Assembly: GCF_000162475.2 (NCBI RefSeq)
Contig: NZ_KI391971.1
Span: 134,057 to 158,056, forward strand
Source: Granulicatella elegans ATCC 700633
GTDB lineage: Bacteria; Bacillota; Bacilli; Lactobacillales; Aerococcaceae
DNA length: 24,000 bases
Direction: 5' to 3'
The translations under genes and the position numbers were made by a program. The notes below the pieces were generated by a model. That model was not told where the DNA came from, ran no database searches, and saw only the letters and a program-made list of their open reading frames with translations. Each line of letters starts with the position of its first letter. The first letter of the stretch is position 1. Shown here piece after piece: positions 15,637-23,718 of this stretch.

Positions 15637-16788
15637 ATGGGAATAAGAGAGGATTTAGTCAAAGCGTTGGAAAACATTCAACCTGAATTGCACAAAGCTA
15701 TCGAGCGATTAGTCGCCATTGAAAGTGTTCGGGGAGAATCATTGCCAGAAGCTCCTTATGGACAAGGCCCCAAACAAGCTTTATTAGAAGTGTTAGCACT
15801 CGCTGAAGAATTAGGATTTGAAACGAAAAATTTAGACAATAAAATTGGCTATGCACAATATGGAGATACTCGAGAAGATGGGGAATATTATGGTATTTTT
15901 GGACATGTAGATGTCATGCCTTTAGGAGCAGGCTGGGAAAGTCCTGCGTTAAAAGCAACGAAGCGAGATGGGAAAATTTTTGGACGTGGCGTGTTAGATA
16001 ATAAAGGACCGATTTTGTCGAATTTATTTGCCTTATATGTATTGAAGGAAAAGGGAATTCAATTTGACAGTCCGATTCGAATTGTATTTGGAACAAATGA
16101 GGAAACGGGATTTGGCTGTGTAAAACATTATTTAACAAAAGAACAGCCCCCTACTTTTGGATGGACTCCAGACTGTAAATGGCCAGTTGTTTATGGAGAA
16201 AGAGGACGATTGAAAGTTCGATTGAGTACTTCTTTAGAACAGATTTCAGCATTATATGATTTTACCAATCAGTACTTACTTCATACAACTCATCAAGGAG
16301 TGGAATTAGGAATTAACTATTCCGATGAAGACTTTGGGATGATGCAATTAAGAGGATATACAGTTGGAATAGAGGAAGAAAGACATTTTGTGGAGTGGAC
16401 GATGAGTTATCCAGCTTCTGTGACCAAAGAACAATTATTATCGGATATTCGAAAACATATTCCAGAAGGAAGTCGTTTAGAAGAAATTAGTTCCTGGAAG
16501 CCAGTTTTGTATGATAAAGATTCAAAGTATGTGCAAACTTTACAAAAAGTCTATCAAGAAGTCGTCGATGGCAATGCAACGCCTGTTACAACAACGGGTG
16601 GAACTTATGCCAAAATAATTCCAAATATAATTGCATATGGACCAAGTTTTCCAGGGCAAAGAGATATCGCTCATCTTCCAAATGAGTGGATAGGAATCGA
16701 AGATTTAAAAGTGAATACTATTATTTATGGATTAGCATTGTATGAATTAAGTTTCATAACAACATCATTAGAAGGAGGGAAAGGATGA
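15637..16788 (+). CDS. M20 family dipeptidase (Sapep/PepV-like)
   Basis: The ATG abuts the upstream stop. GHVDVMP, GRGVLDNKGP and GTNEETG are the metal-binding and catalytic motifs of M20A dipeptidases. 383 aa. Confidence 0.75.
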   Translation: MGIREDLVKALENIQPELHKAIERLVAIESVRGESLPEAPYGQGPKQALLEVLALAEELGFETKNLDNKIGYAQYGDTREDGEYYGIFGHVDVMPLGAGWESPALKATKRDGKIFGRGVLDNKGPILSNLFALYVLKEKGIQFDSPIRIVFGTNEETGFGCVKHYLTKEQPPTFGWTPDCKWPVVYGERGRLKVRLSTSLEQISALYDFTNQYLLHTTHQGVELGINYSDEDFGMMQLRGYTVGIEEERHFVEWTMSYPASVTKEQLLSDIRKHIPEGSRLEEISSWKPVLYDKDSKYVQTLQKVYQEVVDGNATPVTTTGGTYAKIIPNIIAYGPSFPGQRDIAHLPNEWIGIEDLKVNTIIYGLALYELSFITTSLEGGKG

Positions 16789-17516
16789 CAACTTTAGAAA
16801 TTTGTGCAGGAGGTATTGAGGACTGTATCAATGCTCAAGCTGCAGGAGCCAATCGAATCGAATTAAATAGCGCGTTACATTTAGGAGGATTAAGCCCATC
16901 ATTAGCTGTTTTAACTCAAGCTGTTAAAAAAATCGATATTCCTATTATTTGTATGGTTCGACCAAGAGGAGCCGGTTTTTGTTATAACGAATTGGAAAAA
17001 GAAGTGATGTTTGAAGATGCGAAAATTTTCTTAGAAGCAGGCGCAAAAGGATTAGCTTTTGGTTTCTTAACTCCAGAAGGGAACATGGATTGGGATGCAA
17101 CAAAGAAAATGATTGAGCTATGTAAAGAATACGGTGCTGATAGTGTCGTTCACCGTGCCTTTGATTGTGTGAAAAATCCGGAAGAAACACTAGAAAGATT
17201 AATCGAATTAGGATGCACTCGTATTTTAACAAGTGGGCAAGGAAAAAATATTATGTCTGGCTTGGAGAATTTAGCTAAGTGGCAAAAACAATATGGAAAA
17301 CAAATCGAATTTTTAGGGGGATGTGGCGTTTCTCTTGCCAATCTAACAGAAATTCTAGAAAAAACAGGATTAGAACAACTTCATGGAAGTTTTAAATCTT
17401 GGGTAGTGGATCCAACGACAACGAATGGAGAAGTTTCTTATCGCTATTCTGATAGCGGAGACTATGATTTGTGTCATTTAGAAAGTATGAAAGAAGCAGT
17501 TACTATTTTAAAATAA
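16785..17516 (+). CDS. cutC: CutC family protein (TIM-barrel; 'copper homeostasis protein' is a historical name, true function unclear)
   Basis: ATGA overlap with the M20 gene. LEICAGGIEDCINAQAAGANRIELNSAL..GGLSPS is a typical CutC N-terminus. 243 aa. Confidence 0.8.
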   Translation: MTTLEICAGGIEDCINAQAAGANRIELNSALHLGGLSPSLAVLTQAVKKIDIPIICMVRPRGAGFCYNELEKEVMFEDAKIFLEAGAKGLAFGFLTPEGNMDWDATKKMIELCKEYGADSVVHRAFDCVKNPEETLERLIELGCTRILTSGQGKNIMSGLENLAKWQKQYGKQIEFLGGCGVSLANLTEILEKTGLEQLHGSFKSWVVDPTTTNGEVSYRYSDSGDYDLCHLESMKEAVTILK

Positions 17517-17529
17517 AGGGGACTTTACA

Positions 17530-18426
17530 ATGGGAAAAAGAATTTTAAACTGTGTGGCAAGTGATTTTAGAAAATTTTCTGCAGAAGAATTAAAACTAGC
17601 CATTCAGGCAGGTGAGGGTAGAACGGTATGTTGTGAAATGGCCATTCGTCATCGTCCAATTATTCCGGAGTTAACACATGCGGAAATCGCCAGTGCATTT
17701 GGGGGAGACTTAATGCTTTTAAATGGATTTGATTGTTTAAATCCAAAATTATACGGGGTAGAAGGTAGCGCAAATCCAATTGAACGATTAAAAGAATTAT
17801 GCGGACGTCCTGTTGGTGCTAACTTAGAACCAGTCGATTTAGAGGCAGAAATGTTGGAAACTCGACTAGTCATTCCAGCAGGAAGAATTTGCTCGAAAGA
17901 AACATTGAAATCCGCAGAAGCGTTAGGATTAGACTTTATTTGTTTAACAGGGAATCCTGGTACAGGAGTGACAAATCAAGCAATTGCCCAAGCCATTCAA
18001 AAAGTGAAAAAATATTTTACAGGAGTCATTATTGCTGGAAAAATGCATGGAGCAGGCTCAAAAGAACCCGTAATGAATCGAGAAATTGCAAAGGAACTGA
18101 TTGAAGCGGGAGCGGATATTTTATTGGTTCCAGCAGTAGGAACAGTTCCTGGATTCACAGAAGAAGCATTGATTGATATTGTCCAATTTGCTCATGAACA
18201 TGAAACACTTGTGTTATCTGCCATTGGAACTAGTCAAGAAGGTTCTTCTAAGGAAGTCATTGAACAAATCGCTATTCGCAATAAAATTTGTGGAGTCGAT
18301 ATTCAACATATTGGAGATGCGGGTTATGGTGGTTTAGCCGATGTAAATAACATCTTTGCTTTGTCCGTTGCGATTCGAGGTATGAGACATACCGTTGCAA
18401 GAATGGCAAGTTCGGTAGTCCGTTAA
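17530..18426 (+). CDS. Conserved hypothetical protein (possibly a TIM-barrel enzyme); last gene of the operon
   Basis: RBS AAGGGGA. 298 aa, soluble, with alternating beta/alpha-like pattern and a GADILLVPAVGTVPG segment. I cannot assign a characterised family. Confidence 0.45.
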   Translation: MGKRILNCVASDFRKFSAEELKLAIQAGEGRTVCCEMAIRHRPIIPELTHAEIASAFGGDLMLLNGFDCLNPKLYGVEGSANPIERLKELCGRPVGANLEPVDLEAEMLETRLVIPAGRICSKETLKSAEALGLDFICLTGNPGTGVTNQAIAQAIQKVKKYFTGVIIAGKMHGAGSKEPVMNREIAKELIEAGADILLVPAVGTVPGFTEEALIDIVQFAHEHETLVLSAIGTSQEGSSKEVIEQIAIRNKICGVDIQHIGDAGYGGLADVNNIFALSVAIRGMRHTVARMASSVVR

Positions 18427-18443
18427 TAGAAAGTAAGAATAGA

Positions 18444-18479
18444 AAAACGAGCATTTCCAATTTGGGAGATGCTCGTTTT
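18444..18479. terminator. Bidirectional terminator between convergent operons
   Basis: AAAACGAGCAT (18444-18454) pairs with ATGCTCGTTTT (18469-18479). The A-run on one side and T-run on the other give a U-tract in both orientations. Confidence 0.65.
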
Positions 18480-18496
18480 ATGTTTGAATTCGATAA

Positions 18497-18910
18497 TTAA
18501 ATTAAAATTCCTTGTAAGTGATCTATCTCATGTTGAATCACTTGAGCAGTAAACTCTGTAAAGGTTCCTGTGTGAGTTTTACCAGTAGCATCTTGATAGC
18601 GAACTTCGATTTTTTGATAGCGAGTAGTGCTTTTCATTCCTGTATGAGAGAGACAACCTTCTTCCGTTTGGTATGGTTGAGATTTTTTAGTAATGACTGG
18701 ATTGACCATTACGATATCAAATGGTCCAGCGGCAACAATAATAATGGCTTTATGACTTCCAATCATATTCGCAGCCAAGCCGACACAACGGTCACGATTG
18801 GCACGTAAAGTATCTTGTAAGTCGACAATGACTTGTTTATCCGTAATAGGATTAGCAGGGATTGCTTTTTGTGATAAGAAAAATGGGTCTTTCATAATTT
18901 CTTTTTTCAT
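18497..18910 (-). CDS. def: Peptide deformylase, short (137 aa) Firmicutes-type paralog
   Basis: AAAGGAG RBS upstream of ATG at 18910. Motifs are GLAANMIG (motif 1, with Met where canonical Def has Gln), EEGCLS (motif 2) and QHEIDHLQG (motif 3). The ORF-track start at 18934 overlaps the TetR gene. Confidence 0.8.
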   Translation of the reverse strand: MKKEIMKDPFFLSQKAIPANPITDKQVIVDLQDTLRANRDRCVGLAANMIGSHKAIIIVAAGPFDIVMVNPVITKKSQPYQTEEGCLSHTGMKSTTRYQKIEVRYQDATGKTHTGTFTEFTAQVIQHEIDHLQGILI

Positions 18911-18921
18911 GCTTGTCTCCT

Positions 18922-19470
18922 TTATTCTTGGCACATTCCAAGAAATATTTTAGTAATTTCTTCAGGGGATTCCACTCCCCCTTTTAAAATCCAGTGGAAA
19001 ATAATGGCGCTATTGCTATAAATGAATACTTCTCTAGCATAGTCCTCTGGCATTGGTAGTTCTTGTTTTAAATTTTGTTTAATCGAATCCATTTTTTCCA
19101 TTAGTTCGATTAAAAACTTTCGAACGAGTTGGTTCGTATACGTGAAACGGCTTGTAGCGACTGCGTGTATAAATTCAAATTCTTCTTTTAAATATTCGAA
19201 AATTTGAACGACTGCAGGATAGGCTTCTTGTTTTTGAGTAATAGGATACTGATGTAAAAGTGTTAGAATATGATGCAAAATTTCTTTTTCTAACTGATTC
19301 ATCATATCGAATTTATCCACATAATGTAAATAAAAAGTTCCACGATTCACGCCTGCAGTGCGAGAAATGTCACTAACTGTAATAGCTTCAAAATCTTTTT
19401 CTTGAAGAAGTTGAATTAAGGCTGTTTTTAAAATTTCTTTTGTTTGAGTTTGTCGTTTTTGAACTTCCAT
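18922..19470 (-). CDS. TetR/AcrR family transcriptional regulator
   Basis: The N-terminal HTH ITVSDISRTAGVNRGTFYLHYVDKFD is the TetR signature. 182 aa. The stop lies 11 nt before the def start, so the two genes are co-operonic. Confidence 0.8.
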   Translation of the reverse strand: MEVQKRQTQTKEILKTALIQLLQEKDFEAITVSDISRTAGVNRGTFYLHYVDKFDMMNQLEKEILHHILTLLHQYPITQKQEAYPAVVQIFEYLKEEFEFIHAVATSRFTYTNQLVRKFLIELMEKMDSIKQNLKQELPMPEDYAREVFIYSNSAIIFHWILKGGVESPEEITKIFLGMCQE

Positions 19471-19486
19471 TGTCTCATCCTTCTTA

Positions 19487-19574
19487 AATCAACACACGAC
19501 TTCTAATTGCGCATTGAAATTTCTGTAGCGCTATTATATAGTAAATTTAAACAATAATCAACACGTTGTTCATT
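19487..19574. promoter_or_regulatory. Divergent overlapping promoters (tetR-def leftward, ABC rightward) with two AATCAACAC repeats as candidate operator elements
   Basis: Plus strand: TTGAAA (19514-19519), 17 nt, TATAGT (19537-19542). Minus strand: TTGATT (complement of 19556-19561), 17 nt, TATAAT (complement of 19533-19538). AATCAACAC occurs at 19487-19495 and 19556-19564. Confidence 0.4.
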
Positions 19575-19595
19575 TAATAAGTAGAGGGAAAAGTG

Positions 19596-20297
19596 ATGAC
19601 ATATATACAAGTAAAAAATAGTTTTAAACGATATCAAGAGGGAGAAACTGAAATAATTGCGAATCATGATGTGAATTTCGATATTGAAAAAGGTGAATTC
19701 GTTATAATTCTTGGAGCATCTGGAGCAGGAAAATCCACCGTCTTAAATATTTTAGGGGGAATGGATACAAATGATGAGGGAGAAGTATGGATTGATGGTG
19801 TGAATATTTCAAACTTTGATGAAACGCAATTAACGTATTATCGTAGGGATGATGTAGGATTTGTTTTTCAATTTTATAATTTAGTGCCAAATTTAACAGC
19901 AAAAGAAAATGTAGAATTAGCTGCTGAAATTGTGAAAGATGCTTGGGATGCAGAAGAAGCATTAAAAGCAGTAGGATTAGGACATCGTCTTCATAATTTT
20001 CCTGCACAATTATCGGGGGGAGAACAACAAAGGGTATCGATTGCTAGAGCAATTGCGAAAAAGCCGAAGATTTTACTTTGTGATGAGCCAACAGGGGCAT
20101 TAGATTACCAAACAGGCAAGCAAGTATTGAAGATTTTACAAGAAATGTCAAGAGATTATGGAGCGACTGTTATTATCGTTACCCATAATACGGCATTAGC
20201 ACCATTAGCGAATCGTGTAATTCATATGCATGATGCTAGGGTGAAAAGTATTGTACTGAATGATTCTCCGCAAGCGATTGAGGAATTGGAATATTGA
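19596..20297 (+). CDS. ABC transporter ATP-binding protein, MacB/FtsE-like
   Basis: Walker A GASGAGKST, signature LSGGEQQRV, Walker B ILLCDEPTGALD. 233 aa. Confidence 0.85.
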   Translation: MTYIQVKNSFKRYQEGETEIIANHDVNFDIEKGEFVIILGASGAGKSTVLNILGGMDTNDEGEVWIDGVNISNFDETQLTYYRRDDVGFVFQFYNLVPNLTAKENVELAAEIVKDAWDAEEALKAVGLGHRLHNFPAQLSGGEQQRVSIARAIAKKPKILLCDEPTGALDYQTGKQVLKILQEMSRDYGATVIIVTHNTALAPLANRVIHMHDARVKSIVLNDSPQAIEELEY

Positions 20298-20310
20298 GAG
20301 GAGAAGAATC

Positions 20311-23300
20311 GTGAAAAAGAAAATATTGAATAAAGCGATTCTTTCTTCATTGAAGGAATCGAAGGGAAGATTTTTATCTATCTTATGTTTAATGATGCTC
20401 GGTTCATTTGCATTAGTGGGATTAAAAGTTTCGGGTCCGGATATTCAAGAGACGGTTCATCAATATTTGGAAAAATATCATACAGCGGATATTTTTGTAT
20501 TGGCAGATTATGGACTAAGTCCAAAAGATCAAGAAGAATTACAAGAAGAAAATGCTGAAGTTGAATTTGGATATTTTGTAGATACCGTGATAGCAGACAG
20601 TCCGAAAGCGATTCGAGTATTTTCTAAGACTAATCAGCAATCGGAAGTAGAATTAGTGAGTGGAGCTTATCCAAGTCATCTGGATGAAGTCGTATTAGAT
20701 GAACAGTTATCCAATCGTTATCAAATCGGGGATCTCATCAATTTAAATGAAGTGAAGTCTCCGTCATTATTAAAACAGCATGAGTTTAAAATCACCGGAT
20801 TTGCTCATTCGAGTGAAATTTTATCGAAAAATAGTAAAGGAGTCTCGACTGCAGGAAGTGGGGACTTATCAGGATTTGCCATTGTTCCACAAGAAAGTTT
20901 TGATAGCTCTGTTTATACGATAGCTCGTTTACGTTACCCGAACTTACGTAGTTTGAAAACATTTAGTAGGGAATACTTAGATGAAGTGGTTTGGATTCAA
21001 CAATCTATCGAAGAAAAATTATCCGATAATGGAACCGTAAGGCTGAATGATTTAAAAGAGGAAGCAGATGGAAAAATTCAAGATGGAGAAGAACAAATTT
21101 CTCAAGCTAAAAATCAACTAGAAGAGGGAAAAACGAAGCTCGAAGATGGGCAACAACAATTAGCAAATCAAGAAGGTAAATTAGTTCAAAGTCAAAAAGA
21201 ACTCGCTCAAAATCAGGCATCTCTCAATAGAGGAAATCAAGAAATTCAACAAGCAAAACAAAAATTACAAAAACAGTATGAATTACTTGAATCTAATCGA
21301 GTGCAGTTAGAAACTTCCAAACAAACGTTGAATAAACAAAATAGCGCCTTACAAGAAGGGAAAAAGAAATTAGCAGAAGCAGAAAAGCAATTAGAATCTC
21401 AAAAAGAAAGAGGGCTTCCTCAAACAGCATTATCTGCTATGCAAGAAAAAATTCTTCAACAAAAACAAGAATTGGATGCGGGAACTACCACTTATGAACA
21501 AGGATTAACGCAATACGAGAATGGTTGGGCTAGTTATCAAGAAGGCTTGAAACAATACCAAGAAGGCTTAGCAATCATTCAGTCTAAACAAAATACGCTA
21601 GATGTTGGGCAAAGAGCTTTAGCAGAAGGAAAGAGAAAAATTTCTGCTGGTGAGGAAGCTGTAGCGAAAGCAAAACAAGAAATTGAAGAAAAACAAAACC
21701 AATATACAGATGAAAAAGAAAAAGCTGAAGAAAAAATTAGCCAAGCTGAGACAGATTTAGAAGATGCAAAAGTCAAAGCTTCTAAACTAACAAAACCTCG
21801 TTATTCTGTTTATACTCGCTCGACTATGCTAGGGAGTGAAGGCTATTTAAATATGAAGTCTACTGCAGAAGGGATTATTGCTGTAGCGAATTTATTCCCG
21901 GTTGTATTATATGCTGTGGCAGCACTTGTGACAGTGACAACGATGACTCGTTTTGTCAATGAAGAACGAATGAATGCCGGTATTTTAAAAGCGCTAGGTT
22001 ATAGCACATTTGATGTGATGAAGAAATTTGCTTTTTATGGATTTAGTGCGGGAATGATTGGAACGATCATAGGAATCGGATTAGGGACTTACTTTTTACC
22101 AAGTATATTAGGGGTTACTTTATTAAAAGAAACAATCCTTCCTTCGATTTCTCTACTATTTAATTTCCAGATTACTTTAGTAGCGCTACTATGTTCGATT
22201 GGTTGTAGTGTTATTCCACCTGTATGGATTGCGTATCGAGAATTAAAAGAAAGTTCAGCAAGTTTACTATTACCAAAAGCTCCAAGTGTAGGTTCTAAAA
22301 TTTGGTTGGAATATGTACCATTTATTTGGAAGAGATTCAGTTTTACTCAAAAGGTAACAGCACGAAATATTTTCCGTTATAAACAACGAATGTTGATGAC
22401 AATATTTGGGGTAGCTGGTTCGGTGGCTTTATTATTTGCCGGAAGAGGAATTTTATCTTCTTTATCAGGTATTTCACATCGCCAATTTGGAGAAATTATT
22501 ACGTATGATGCCATTGTTATCAAAGAAGCGGTGATGACGGGAAAAGAGCAAGAAGCGTTGAGCCAGTTATTATCTACAAAAGAAATTGAGCATTATAGTG
22601 ATGTACATAGTGAAACGATTGCTACTAAAATTGCTGGAGTACATGAGGAGCAATCCCTAACCATATTAGTAGGAGAAGAGGCAGAGTTAAGTCGTTATAT
22701 ACACTTGTATGATGCGAAAACAAAGCGACAGAAATCTCTTACGAACGATGGAGTGTTCTTATCGGAAAAATTAGCTCAGTTATTGAATGTTCATGAAGGT
22801 GAAACGGTTCGTTTACCAATTAAAGACGGTGTGACGAAAGAGATGGTTGTCTCAGGCATTATTGAAATGTATGCAGGGCACTTTATGATTATGTCGCCAA
22901 CGGTTTATGAAACACTGGCTCAAGAAACTCCAACAAAAAACGCAAGCTTTGTTAGTTTTAAAGAAAAAGATGCGGATAGTGTACGTAAGATGTCTGCTCA
23001 ATTATTAGCTCAAGATGGAGTGAAGGCAGTTGTTCAAAATACTTCCATGATTCATCGGATTGAAACGATTGTTGGTTCATTGAGTCGAGTGATGATCTTA
23101 TTAACGATTGTGTCAGTTCTGTTAGCTATTGTCATTTTATATAATTTAACAACGATTAATGTGGCAGAGCGAATTCGGGAATTGTCGACGATTAAGGTGT
23201 TAGGCTTTTTGAATCGAGAGGTGACATTGTACATTTATCGTGAAACGATGGTTCTTTCTTTGATTGGTATTGTTGTGGGGCTATTGTTGGGGAAGGTATT

Positions 23301-23481
23301 ACATCGAGTGATTATTGAAGCGGTGGCGCCTGCGTTTGTGCGGTTCAATCCGCAAGTGGGGTTGGATGTTTATATTTGGCCGTGTATTTTTATCTTATTG
23401 ATTTTAGCAGTGCTAGGAATATTAGTGAACCATATGCTGAAAAAGGTTGATATGTTAGAGGCCTTGAAGTCTGTTGATTGA
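20311..23481 (+). CDS. ABC transporter permease with two FtsX domains and a large coiled-coil extracytoplasmic insertion
   Basis: GTG 20311 lies 7 nt after GAGAGGAG. The 1056-aa protein has two FtsX-type modules (ERMNAGILKALGYS and RIRELSTIKVLGF loops, each followed by TM helices). The first extracellular domain carries ~250 aa of Q/E/K-rich heptads. Confidence 0.8.
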   Translation: MKKKILNKAILSSLKESKGRFLSILCLMMLGSFALVGLKVSGPDIQETVHQYLEKYHTADIFVLADYGLSPKDQEELQEENAEVEFGYFVDTVIADSPKAIRVFSKTNQQSEVELVSGAYPSHLDEVVLDEQLSNRYQIGDLINLNEVKSPSLLKQHEFKITGFAHSSEILSKNSKGVSTAGSGDLSGFAIVPQESFDSSVYTIARLRYPNLRSLKTFSREYLDEVVWIQQSIEEKLSDNGTVRLNDLKEEADGKIQDGEEQISQAKNQLEEGKTKLEDGQQQLANQEGKLVQSQKELAQNQASLNRGNQEIQQAKQKLQKQYELLESNRVQLETSKQTLNKQNSALQEGKKKLAEAEKQLESQKERGLPQTALSAMQEKILQQKQELDAGTTTYEQGLTQYENGWASYQEGLKQYQEGLAIIQSKQNTLDVGQRALAEGKRKISAGEEAVAKAKQEIEEKQNQYTDEKEKAEEKISQAETDLEDAKVKASKLTKPRYSVYTRSTMLGSEGYLNMKSTAEGIIAVANLFPVVLYAVAALVTVTTMTRFVNEERMNAGILKALGYSTFDVMKKFAFYGFSAGMIGTIIGIGLGTYFLPSILGVTLLKETILPSISLLFNFQITLVALLCSIGCSVIPPVWIAYRELKESSASLLLPKAPSVGSKIWLEYVPFIWKRFSFTQKVTARNIFRYKQRMLMTIFGVAGSVALLFAGRGILSSLSGISHRQFGEIITYDAIVIKEAVMTGKEQEALSQLLSTKEIEHYSDVHSETIATKIAGVHEEQSLTILVGEEAELSRYIHLYDAKTKRQKSLTNDGVFLSEKLAQLLNVHEGETVRLPIKDGVTKEMVVSGIIEMYAGHFMIMSPTVYETLAQETPTKNASFVSFKEKDADSVRKMSAQLLAQDGVKAVVQNTSMIHRIETIVGSLSRVMILLTIVSVLLAIVILYNLTTINVAERIRELSTIKVLGFLNREVTLYIYRETMVLSLIGIVVGLLLGKVLHRVIIEAVAPAFVRFNPQVGLDVYIWPCIFILLILAVLGILVNHMLKKVDMLEALKSVD

Positions 23482-23498
23482 AAATGAAAAAAGACTGG

Positions 23499-23580
23499 AA
23501 TAGCTGTAGCAATGGACGCAAGCAGCTTCGCGAAGCGAATCTCTCCAATGCTACGGCTATTAGTATTTTCATTTTTATTC
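23499..23580 (+). terminator. Long-stem terminator after the ABC operon
   Basis: 17-bp stem (23499-23515 with 23545-23561; one mismatch, one G-U). It encloses a 12-nt perfect palindrome GCTTCGCGAAGC (23525-23536) and is followed by a T-rich tract. The upstream flank is A-rich, so it is potentially bidirectional. Confidence 0.5.
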
Positions 23581-23625
23581 ACTTCAAAAATACCGGCGTT
23601 TTTTATTGTAAAAAATTTAAACATC

Positions 23626-23704
23626 TATTTAAAAATATTTTTAAATAATTCTTGCATTTTGATTTCACAAGGAGTATTATCTATTTAAAGAAAATTTTAA
23701 ATAG
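23626..23704 (+). promoter_or_regulatory. Promoter of the ArsR-family gene bracketed by two related palindromes (candidate autoregulatory operators)
   Basis: TTGCAT (23652-23657), 17 nt, TATTAT (23675-23680). Palindrome 1 is TATTTAAAAATATTTTTAAATA (23626-23647, perfect). Palindrome 2 is CTATTTAAAGAAAATTTTAAATAG (23681-23704). Both fit TATTTAAA-N6-TTTAAATA. Confidence 0.5.
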
Positions 23705-23718
23705 AAAGAGATGATCAT

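Noticed and set aside
18518-18808. 96-aa plus-strand ORF overlapping def
   Set aside because: It is antisense to the deformylase gene, whose three catalytic motifs are intact. It has no RBS.
21040-21790. Possible DNA tandem repeat, or CRISPR-like periodicity elsewhere
   Set aside because: The periodicity is at the protein heptad level only, and the nucleotide sequence is not a tandem repeat. No direct-repeat/spacer array was seen anywhere in the window.
23370-23624. Two minus-strand ORFs (84 and 60 aa) after the permease gene
   Set aside because: They overlap the permease 3' end and the long terminator hairpin, have no RBS, and their translations are low-complexity.
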